A stretch of 64,000 nt of DNA from Polyangiaceae bacterium (GTDB lineage Bacteria > Myxococcota_A > Polyangia > Polyangiales > Polyangiaceae). Positions 46,443 to 54,284 of this stretch are shown here, in pieces (the stretch's first letter is position 1; each line of letters begins with the position of its first letter). Both the position numbers and the translations under genes were made by a program. The notes beneath the pieces are model-generated. The model did no database searches. It had not been told where the DNA came from and was given only the letters and a program-made list of their open reading frames with translations. The stretch is from positions 18,658 through 82,657 of the forward strand of contig JBGANF010000020.1 in the NCBI GenBank assembly GCA_044222475.1. The letters are read 5' to 3'.

Positions 46443-47035
46443 ATTGAGCCGACCAACGCGTCGAAGTCGCTTCGCGCGGCTTCGACCGAGGCTTCCGGCC
46501 CGACCATCTTGAAGAAGTAGGCGCCGTCCTTCACTGGGACGATCGCGCCGAGGAGCATGTGCTTCTCCTTCGAGCCCGTCCCGTTCATGCCTCCGAGGAA
46601 CGTGCCGTGCGTCTCGACGATCGTCACGGCGATCGAGCCGACGACGCGCTCGGTGCGGCTCTTCTTCGCGATCGGGTTGAACTGGCCGTGCCAGCGCTCG
46701 ATGTTCGCGTCGAGCCCGCCGCCAGCGTGGGAGACCACGAGGGTGGGCTCCTCCGTGTCGCTCCCGACTTTGGGCGCGTGGTACGTCGCGATCCGCATCG
46801 GCTTCGCGCCGGGCTCTTCCTTCAGCTTCGCCGGCGCGGTCCAGTCGAGCTTGTCCGGTAGAGGACCGGCGTCGACCGGAGGCGACGCGGTCGCCGATGC
46901 GGTCGCCGATGCCGTCGCCGACGCGGTGACGGATGCGGCCGCCGACGTGGGCTCCGGCTTCGTGGTGACCGGCTCCGGTTGCGAGCGCGAGCAGGCGACG
47001 GCGACGAGCGAGGCGGCGAGCAGGTGGGATCTCAC
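46427..47035 (-). CDS. Hypothetical lipoprotein
   Basis: VAC lipobox, GGGLDANIERWHGQF, YFFKMVGP. Confidence 0.7.
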   Translation of the reverse strand: MRSHLLAASLVAVACSRSQPEPVTTKPEPTSAAASVTASATASATASATASPPVDAGPLPDKLDWTAPAKLKEEPGAKPMRIATYHAPKVGSDTEEPTLVVSHAGGGLDANIERWHGQFNPIAKKSRTERVVGSIAVTIVETHGTFLGGMNGTGSKEKHMLLGAIVPVKDGAYFFKMVGPEASVEAARSDFDALVGSIHSAP

Positions 47036-47113
47036 CGCTTCTTCCTAGCGCAAACGGACCGCCCGGCGGGCGCGAAATTGGCGGCCTTTCGTCCGAGGCC
47101 GTACGATCGAGGG

Positions 47114-47920
47114 ATGCTCTGCGGCGCGGTCTGCAGCCTGCTCGTCCTCTCCGCGCCAGCGCTCGCGCCGGATGGCTCGGAGCTCACCGCGACGTTCCCG
47201 TTTCACGACGCGGAGCTCCTCGACCCGGGTCAGACGCAGGGCGGGCTCGTCTTCGTCCCTGCGAGCGTCGACCCGCGGCGCCGCGCGCCGCTCGTCGTGT
47301 TCCTTCACGGCGTGAACGACGCGCGCGCGCTGCATCTGCACCTGCGCGACGGTGACGACGACCTTCGGGTGCTCGCACGCTCGCTGTCCGGCACGACGAC
47401 GGAGCCGTTCATCGTCGCAGCTCCGTCCCACGTGCGCGGTGCCGACGCCGCGGAGCTCCTGTTTCCTCGGTTCGATCTCGACGAGCTCGTCGACGCGAGC
47501 GAGCGCGCGCTCGGTGACCGCGCACGCATCGACCGCGATCGCGTCGTCGTCGTCGGTCACAGCGGCGGTGGGTGCAACCCGACCGGCGGCATGATCCGCG
47601 TCGCCCTGGGTGACGCGAACGGCGGCGTGCGGCCGTTCGCCTACGTGGCGTCGGACACGTGCCTCGGCAGCTACGTGGCGGACGCGCTGGACCACGCGGC
47701 GAAGACGGCGAAGGTTCGCGTGTTCTGGCAGACCTGGATGTGGCCGCGCTCGTCGGAGGCCTTCAAGCGATCGTTCTGCGATCGCGCGGACACGGGGCGC
47801 GACGTACGGTGCGACGTCTTGCCGTTGACCGGAGCCGATGCCCACGAGCGCTCGCTCGTCGTCGGGCTGGGGCGCGCGTTGCCCGAGCTCCTGGCCGCGC
47901 CGAAGAGCGCCCGGCCGTGA
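47114..47920 (+). CDS. Alpha/beta hydrolase-like protein
   Basis: VVFLHG, GHSGGG nucleophile elbow, late His (DAHE). Confidence 0.65.
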   Translation: MLCGAVCSLLVLSAPALAPDGSELTATFPFHDAELLDPGQTQGGLVFVPASVDPRRRAPLVVFLHGVNDARALHLHLRDGDDDLRVLARSLSGTTTEPFIVAAPSHVRGADAAELLFPRFDLDELVDASERALGDRARIDRDRVVVVGHSGGGCNPTGGMIRVALGDANGGVRPFAYVASDTCLGSYVADALDHAAKTAKVRVFWQTWMWPRSSEAFKRSFCDRADTGRDVRCDVLPLTGADAHERSLVVGLGRALPELLAAPKSARP

Positions 47921-47923
47921 CGC

Positions 47924-48781
47924 TCAGCGCGTGAAGAGGACGCGGAACTTCTTGGTCCCGACGATGGGCTTGCCGTCGCGGTCGAGGGCGGCGGCGTAGC
48001 TCTCGCGGAGGGCACACGAGCGAGCCTCGCGGCCGAATCCGTGGCCGGGATCCTGGTCGATGGTTGCAGACTGCACTTTTCCGTCGACGCCGACGGTGAC
48101 GGCGATGATCGCCGACGCCTCGTCGATCTGGTCCAGGTCGGCCTCGGGCGGGAAGGGGCACTTCCAGTCGCCGGTGCCGGCGCGCTGCACCGAGCGCGAT
48201 CGGTCGACCGTGCTCGGCGGAGCGGTCCCTTGGCCGGTGCCACCCGGTTGACCCGTCGCGACGGCGGCGACGTTGCGCACGGCGGTGGTGCTCGTGCCGC
48301 CTTGCGCGGTCACGCCTCCGGCGAAGCGGTCGCCGCTGCCCGTCACGAAGCTGCTCGTCAGGTCGAGCGGATCGTTGGGATCGTCCTGAGCGGCGAGGAT
48401 GGCGCCCGCCTGCGCGGCCGCGGGCGGCGCTTGCGGCGGCGGCGTGTCCGTCGTGGCGACGGGGGGCGGCGGCGTGTCGTCCTTCTCGGGCTCGGGGGGC
48501 GGCTCCGGCGGCTTGTCCTCCGGAGGCTTGACGGTGTCGACCTCGATCGTCCGATCCATGCGCTGTTCGACGAAGCCCGACAACCTCGCCTCGGTCCACG
48601 CGATGAGCTCGGCGTGGATGTAGGCAATGCGAATCGCGAAGCCCGCGTGCACGAGGCACGCGCCGAGGATCCCGATCGCGAGCATGCGGAACAGCGAGTC
48701 GTCCTTCACCATCCAGCCGCTACTCAGCGGAGCGGAGTCCGATGGCGTCGCGAGGTGGGGGTGGGGCAGCGTTCCGTTCAC
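47924..48781 (-). CDS. tonB: TonB family energy transducer
   Basis: N-terminal TM, Pro-rich linker, TonB C-terminal domain (FPPEA...VGVDGKV...PGHGFG). Confidence 0.8.
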   Translation of the reverse strand: MNGTLPHPHLATPSDSAPLSSGWMVKDDSLFRMLAIGILGACLVHAGFAIRIAYIHAELIAWTEARLSGFVEQRMDRTIEVDTVKPPEDKPPEPPPEPEKDDTPPPPVATTDTPPPQAPPAAAQAGAILAAQDDPNDPLDLTSSFVTGSGDRFAGGVTAQGGTSTTAVRNVAAVATGQPGGTGQGTAPPSTVDRSRSVQRAGTGDWKCPFPPEADLDQIDEASAIIAVTVGVDGKVQSATIDQDPGHGFGREARSCALRESYAAALDRDGKPIVGTKKFRVLFTR

Positions 48782-48793
48782 GGTCTACCTAGG

Positions 48794-49225
48794 TCACTTC
48801 GGCGCGGAGTTGATCGGCGCCGTGGGCGCGACACCGAATGCGATCTTTGCCACGTTCGCCTGCTTCAGCAAGTCGAGGACGTGAATGACGCGACCGTGTT
48901 GGACCGCGCTGTCGGCTTTGATGACGCAGCGGAGCTCGGGGTTCGACTTGCGAGCGGCTTGAGCCAACGGGAAAATCGCCTCGTCGTTGGCGACGATCTT
49001 GCCGTCGACCACGGTGGCGCCGTTCGCCGCGAGCTCGATGCTGAAGACCGTCTGCACGTCGGAGCCTTGAGAGGCCTTCGGGAGCTCGAGCGGGATCGCC
49101 GACGGGTTCGCGACCATCTTTGCCGTGACCATGAGGATGATGCAGAGCACGAGCGTGACGTCGACCAGCGGCGTGACGTTGATGCCGACGATTGCGTCCT
49201 CCGAGTCCTGCGCGCCCGACGCCAT
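48794..49225 (-). CDS. exbD: ExbD/TolR biopolymer transport protein
   Basis: INVTPLVDVTLVL, IKAD. Confidence 0.92.
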   Translation of the reverse strand: MASGAQDSEDAIVGINVTPLVDVTLVLCIILMVTAKMVANPSAIPLELPKASQGSDVQTVFSIELAANGATVVDGKIVANDEAIFPLAQAARKSNPELRCVIKADSAVQHGRVIHVLDLLKQANVAKIAFGVAPTAPINSAPK

Positions 49226-49228
49226 CGG

Positions 49229-50017
49229 TCAGCCGCCCTCCGCGTCTGCGTCCCCGAGATCGGCGGCCTTGCGCTTCTCTTTCTCTTTCGTCGACCGGGG
49301 CGGAGGCTCGGGCTTGTCGTCGTCGTCGTCTCCGCCCGCCCGCGCGCCGGTCGGCGCGGGGGCGCCCTCTTCGGACTTGAGGTGCGAGAGCAGCATGTGG
49401 CCGAGCGCGTCGGTGTTGGCGAGCGTGCTCTTCACGAGGCGCATGAAGAAGTTGTAGGCGGCGACCGCCGGGATGGCGACGAAGAGGCCGACCGCGGTGG
49501 CGACGAGGGCCTCCGAGATGTGAGCTTGGAGCGCGGCGCTCACCGACGATCCAGCGTTCTGCGCGGCGCCGGCCGCCGCAGACTCGCGGGCGAGCTCGTC
49601 GAACGCGGCGACGATGCCGATGACGGTGCCGAGGAGTCCGATGAACGGAGCGTTGTTGCCGATGGTGCCGAGGATCCACAGGCGCTTCTCGAGCCGGGTG
49701 CGCTGGAGCGCGGCCGCGCCCGACATGGCTTCCTCGGCGGAGTCTCCGCCTTGCTCGGCTTCGACGAGGCCAGCCACCACCACCGCCGCTTCGGCGCTCG
49801 GCGAGCGCTCGAGGCGCTTGCGGGCCCCCGAGAGATCGCCCCCGCGGAGGAGCTTCGCGAGGTCTCGCATCAACGTCGGCAGGTCGTCGCGGAGGGAGAT
49901 GAAGAGCCAGGCGCGCTCCAGCATCACCGCCACCGAGACGATGCTGAGGATGAACATCAGGACGAGAACCCATCCGGCTCCCAGTCCGACCAGCGCACTC
50001 TTGACTCGTTCCAGCAT
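49229..50017 (-). CDS. exbB: ExbB/TolQ/MotA proton channel
   Basis: APFIGLLGTVIGI, ISEALVATAVGLFVAIPA. Confidence 0.92.
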   Translation of the reverse strand: MLERVKSALVGLGAGWVLVLMFILSIVSVAVMLERAWLFISLRDDLPTLMRDLAKLLRGGDLSGARKRLERSPSAEAAVVVAGLVEAEQGGDSAEEAMSGAAALQRTRLEKRLWILGTIGNNAPFIGLLGTVIGIVAAFDELARESAAAGAAQNAGSSVSAALQAHISEALVATAVGLFVAIPAVAAYNFFMRLVKSTLANTDALGHMLLSHLKSEEGAPAPTGARAGGDDDDDKPEPPPRSTKEKEKRKAADLGDADAEGG

Positions 50018-50034
50018 CTTCCTGTCGCTCTTGG

Positions 50035-51135
50035 CTAAGCTTCCGATGCTCCAGGGGGGTCGGGCGGTGCGCCCGGGCCGTCGGCGTCGTCGATGACGCA
50101 ACCCACCACGGTCGTCGCGAAGGCCCCTTTCGGTAGCATGAATTCAACCACGCAGGCGCACACATCTTCCCGGCCTTCGGAAATTCCTGGATTTTCTGGC
50201 GGGCGCCCCTCGATCGAGGCTCGCATCTCGCGGACGGGGACCCGAAACGCTCGGCGGGTCCCCTCGGCGAGGTTTCCTGCACGGATGAGGTCGACCCCGG
50301 CCCCCAACCGGTCGGCCAGAACGCCCTGCTCGATCTCGAGCGGGACCCCGGCCGGCGCCATCATCTTGGGCCCGAAGATGGGGCCGGTCGGGCACACCTC
50401 CCCGCTGGCGGCCCGAGGCCCGTCGACCGCAGGGTCCTCGCAGAGAAAGAGTCCCCCTGACTCTTCCTTTTTGAGGACGTCACCGGTGAGCGGAGTGGCC
50501 CAGTCGCCGCGCTCCTGGCGGATGGAGAGGACGGCGTTGAAGAGCTCGGCTTGAAGGGACGAGACGAGCAGCTTTCGCAGGCGGTGATCGCGAGGAGGAT
50601 CGGCGCGGCCAGCGAGCCACTCGCGCGCCCGCGCGGCGTTGTCTCCGTCGCGCCCGAAGCGCTGCGCGCCGAACGCGTTGGGCGCACCCTCGACGCCGAC
50701 GCGCTCGAACGCCGCGACGATCGCCGGCGCATCCGTCGCGCGAACGTTTCGGAGGACGATGCGGAAGCGATTGCCGGCGAGGTGCCCGGTGCGGAGCTTG
50801 TTGCCGTGGTACGCGGCGTCGAGGATCTCGAGGCCTTCGATCGTCACGCCGCGCACCTTCTCGGCGAAGTCACCCGCCGTCACTCCGCGCGGGAGCGCGA
50901 ACGACACGGTCTGGGTCGTGACGGCGAGGCGATCCTTCATGCCGGGGATCCCGGCGTCGCGCGCGTCGGCTCCGATCGCGCGCGCCAACGAGCGAACGGC
51001 GAAGTCGGTGGTCATGTCGCGCTTGCGGAAGCGGACGTACAGGTGCGTGCCGGTCCCGCTCGGGAGGTAGAGCGGGACTTCGTCGACGACGAAGTCTTCC
51101 GGCGCCGATTTCAGCGCCGCAGTGAACCGCTTCAC
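50035..51135 (-). CDS. truD: tRNA pseudouridine(13) synthase
   Basis: PEDFVVDE, GMKDRLAVTTQ, GNRF, NAFGAQRFG, LPKGAFAT. The GTG start overlaps the upstream TAG. Confidence 0.92.
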   Translation of the reverse strand: MKRFTAALKSAPEDFVVDEVPLYLPSGTGTHLYVRFRKRDMTTDFAVRSLARAIGADARDAGIPGMKDRLAVTTQTVSFALPRGVTAGDFAEKVRGVTIEGLEILDAAYHGNKLRTGHLAGNRFRIVLRNVRATDAPAIVAAFERVGVEGAPNAFGAQRFGRDGDNAARAREWLAGRADPPRDHRLRKLLVSSLQAELFNAVLSIRQERGDWATPLTGDVLKKEESGGLFLCEDPAVDGPRAASGEVCPTGPIFGPKMMAPAGVPLEIEQGVLADRLGAGVDLIRAGNLAEGTRRAFRVPVREMRASIEGRPPENPGISEGREDVCACVVEFMLPKGAFATTVVGCVIDDADGPGAPPDPPGASEA

Positions 51136-52751
51136 TACGGCACGCCCCGACGGACGGTGTCGCGCAGTGTGTCGTCGGCGCCGGTCGTCATCTCGTGAGC
51201 CATGACGTCGCGCGGGCTGCGGAAGTGTTGCTGCGGCGAGTAGTACTGCAGGTTCGACACGCGCGACGTGTAGAGGCACGCGTACTCCTCGACCTGGGCC
51301 CCGAAGCTCGACTGCTCGTTCGCCTCTTTCAGGAGCGACCCCCAGTACGGGTGGAATCGCGCGTCGATCTGGCGCTCGATCGCGGCGAGCTCGGCGTCGG
51401 TCTGGCGCATCAGCCCGCGTACGCGCTCGACGGCGCGCTTGACGCGGCTCTTCTCCGCTTCACCGCGCAGCGCGTCGTTGGCGTTCACCGTGGCTGCGCC
51501 GTTCTTGGCCTCGCCCTTCTTCGCATCCTTGACGTTCAGTCGGGTGAGCTCCTTGAAGCGCGCCTGGTAGAAGCGAAGCTCGTCTTCGAGCCGCTCGCGC
51601 ACGTCTTCGAGCTCGACCGTTCGCTCGAGGTCGGCCTTGCACTCCTCGTGAGCGATGACCTCGGTCTCGAGCTCCTGGATGATCATGGCGGTGCGCCACA
51701 CGCTCTCCTTCTTGGAGCGCAGGATGTCGCCGTAGATGTGATCGCCGACGTAGAGGATCTGGTCGCCCGACACTCCAAGCGCGCGCTCGAGCTCCATGAC
51801 GTTGCCGCCCTCGTAGATGCGACCGCGCTCGAGCGGAAACTGAGCCGGCCGCACGTCCTGAGGGGTGCGCTCCATCAGCGGGCGCCGCTCGGTGAAGAAC
51901 GCGGGCTTGGTGGCGGCGACGATGACGACGTCGAAGAAGTTTCGCCAGCTCGGATACTCGGTCATCGCGCCGCCGAGGAGGTACGTCATCATCTTCTCGG
52001 TGTAGGCCCAGCGCGAGTTGGTGAGCAGAAACAGCTTCTTCCCCGCGCTGCGCAGCTTGTGGAGCGTGGGCGCGAGATCCGGATCGCGCTGGACGAAGCG
52101 CGGCAAGTCGGCGGCGACCGCGTCGAGGATCGTGCCGTCGCGGTGGGCCTCGTCGATGCACTCCCGGATGTCGGTGAAGAGCTTCGCGTACTCGACCTCC
52201 ATACCGCGCTTCTCCATCGCCTCGACGACGGCGGAGTAGAGCGCGACCTCGCTCAGCGCGTAGAGCGTGTCGATCCAGTGGTAGCGCGGCGTGGCCGGGC
52301 GGAGCTTCTTCGATTGGTACAGCGTGCGCAGCTCTTCCTTCGTGAGCTCGCGTGTGCCGTGGAAGCCCTTCGCGACCTGCTTGTAGCGGTCCATCTTCAG
52401 CACGTGGCCGAAGCGCTTGTCGATGAGGAGGCCGCGCACCGGGAAGTCGATCGCCACCGGCAACGACGCGATGACCTCGGGATAGCCGCGCCCCGCGAGC
52501 TTCTTGACCGTCGCCTCGATCGAGAGGCGATCCATGTTCGGCTGGTCGTAGATCGCCAGCGTGTAATCCATGTCGAAGCCGACCCAACCGATGCCCGTCA
52601 TCCGCAGGTTGCGGTTGCAGAAGATGCGCTTCGGTCTTGGGATGTACGCGCCCGGCTTGGGGCCGAGCTCGTCGAGTGGAAGCGAGAGCTGCGCGGGCTG
52701 GGTCACGGAAGTGGGAAGATCGAGAATCCCATGGTCGCTCACTCGTCGCAA
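51135..52751 (-). CDS. HAD-IG family 5'-nucleotidase (cN-II-like)
   Basis: GFDMDYTLA, LLTNS, KPAFF, YVGDHIYGDI. Confidence 0.92.
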   Translation of the reverse strand: MRRVSDHGILDLPTSVTQPAQLSLPLDELGPKPGAYIPRPKRIFCNRNLRMTGIGWVGFDMDYTLAIYDQPNMDRLSIEATVKKLAGRGYPEVIASLPVAIDFPVRGLLIDKRFGHVLKMDRYKQVAKGFHGTRELTKEELRTLYQSKKLRPATPRYHWIDTLYALSEVALYSAVVEAMEKRGMEVEYAKLFTDIRECIDEAHRDGTILDAVAADLPRFVQRDPDLAPTLHKLRSAGKKLFLLTNSRWAYTEKMMTYLLGGAMTEYPSWRNFFDVVIVAATKPAFFTERRPLMERTPQDVRPAQFPLERGRIYEGGNVMELERALGVSGDQILYVGDHIYGDILRSKKESVWRTAMIIQELETEVIAHEECKADLERTVELEDVRERLEDELRFYQARFKELTRLNVKDAKKGEAKNGAATVNANDALRGEAEKSRVKRAVERVRGLMRQTDAELAAIERQIDARFHPYWGSLLKEANEQSSFGAQVEEYACLYTSRVSNLQYYSPQQHFRSPRDVMAHEMTTGADDTLRDTVRRGVP

Positions 52752-52762
52752 GGGAGAGAGAG

Positions 52763-52810
52763 AAGACGAATGCGGGGGAATGTGGAACGGGAATGGGAAT
52801 GGGAATGGGC
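52763..52810 (-). repeat. Dispersed intergenic repeat copy 2 (28-bp core plus (GGGAAT)3)
   Basis: Reverse-complement match to 2155-2182. Confidence 0.75.
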
Positions 52811-52847
52811 CGTGTCACGGTTTGCATCGTTGGTGCGATGGGTGGGC

Positions 52848-54200
52848 ATGAGGATGCGTGCGCTGGGGATCGCAGTGGTGTTGGTCGCGTGTGGGCGGAG
52901 CGCGGCGCCGTCCGCCGGCACTGCGCGAGTGGACGTGGTCGAGGGTGGGGTCGTGGACGCGGAGGTGGAGAGAGAGGCGGCGGCTCTGCAGATCGACGTC
53001 GATGGAGACGACGAGGCGCAGGAAGTGGGCGAGGGGAGCGTCCCTGCGCACTTGTCGCTCACCAAAGTCGGCACGGCTCCGATCGCGCTACAGCGGATCT
53101 GTGATCTCGCTTCGTTCGGCGGCGCGCTCTACGCCGTGCACGCCGTGCAGCCCCTCGGGATCGACGGCGCCACGATCTCCAAGTACGTGCCGGGCGAGCC
53201 CAAGCCGTTTCGCCTCGTCTTCGACTGGAACCGCTACGGCGAGCCTTCGGCCGGCGGCGGGGCGGGGCAGGGCTTCCTGCGCGTGCACCCGATCGGCGGG
53301 CGCCTGTTCGTCCCCGACGCGGATCCTCCGTACGACGGGTTCGGGTACCTCGACCACGGCACCGAGGGATACGTCTTCGCGTCCGATCCGAGCGGCGTCT
53401 TCGCCAAGGCGATCGGCGAGCACCGGAGACCTCCCCTCGCGCCGGGGCTCGACGGCGGCGCAGGCGCGATGGTCCTGCCGCGCGCCTACCACGTGCTCGA
53501 CGTCATCCGGTACCGCGGCGCGATGTACGCCTCCACCGGATCGGTTCCACCGAAGGAGCGCGCGTGGTCGGGACCTTCGCCCGGGGCCTTGCACCGCGCG
53601 CCAGACGGCTCTCTCGCGCGGCTCGACTACGTCGTCGGATACCCCGCCGACGCGAGCGCCGACGTCTGGCGTCTTACCTTTTTGGTACGATTCCAGGATC
53701 GCCTCTACGCCGGCATCCAGGAGTACTACCCGCGCGAGCCGAACGACTACGTCGTCTTCGAGCCACCACCGGACGTGAAGCTCATCGCGCCCGAGCACAT
53801 GCGCGCCGTGCGCGCCGCGGGTCTCGGAACGAACGGTGGTGCCCAGACGCTCCGCTGGTACGTGGATGCGAAGACGCACGCCCTCTACTGGATCGCGGCG
53901 TCGCGCGCCGGCGGGATCACGCTGCGGGTCACGCACGACGGCGACTCCTGGGAGCTCGTCTCGCTCCCGGCCGGCGCCGGGCAACCCACCGACGTCGTCC
54001 GGTTTCGCGACGCGCTGGTCGTCCTTACCGAGCGCGGCCTCTATCGCCTCGACGGCGCGACGCCGATCGAGCTCGCGCGGTGGGACGACCCGAAGGTCTT
54101 CGCAGCGACCGATTTCTTCTGCGTCGCACCGCTTGCCGTCTTTGGAGGTGCGCTCTACGCGGGCGGGCAGAACGGGGGAGCGCTCTACCGATTCGAGTAG
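52848..54200 (+). CDS. Hypothetical lipoprotein, probable beta-propeller
   Basis: LVAC lipobox and repeated F/Y-x-G/D-x-LYA blades. Confidence 0.65.
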   Translation: MRMRALGIAVVLVACGRSAAPSAGTARVDVVEGGVVDAEVEREAAALQIDVDGDDEAQEVGEGSVPAHLSLTKVGTAPIALQRICDLASFGGALYAVHAVQPLGIDGATISKYVPGEPKPFRLVFDWNRYGEPSAGGGAGQGFLRVHPIGGRLFVPDADPPYDGFGYLDHGTEGYVFASDPSGVFAKAIGEHRRPPLAPGLDGGAGAMVLPRAYHVLDVIRYRGAMYASTGSVPPKERAWSGPSPGALHRAPDGSLARLDYVVGYPADASADVWRLTFLVRFQDRLYAGIQEYYPREPNDYVVFEPPPDVKLIAPEHMRAVRAAGLGTNGGAQTLRWYVDAKTHALYWIAASRAGGITLRVTHDGDSWELVSLPAGAGQPTDVVRFRDALVVLTERGLYRLDGATPIELARWDDPKVFAATDFFCVAPLAVFGGALYAGGQNGGALYRFE

Positions 54201-54284
54201 AGCCCAGCCCATGTATGGAACCGACCCACCTGCTCGCACGTAGAAAAGTCGCCTGCCTCCAGGCCATCTTGAGGCTCCTCCCAC

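Noticed and set aside
51195..52847. N-terminal half of the 1001-aa ORF 51195..54200
   Set aside because: It is antisense to the nucleotidase. The real gene starts at the signal peptide near 52848.
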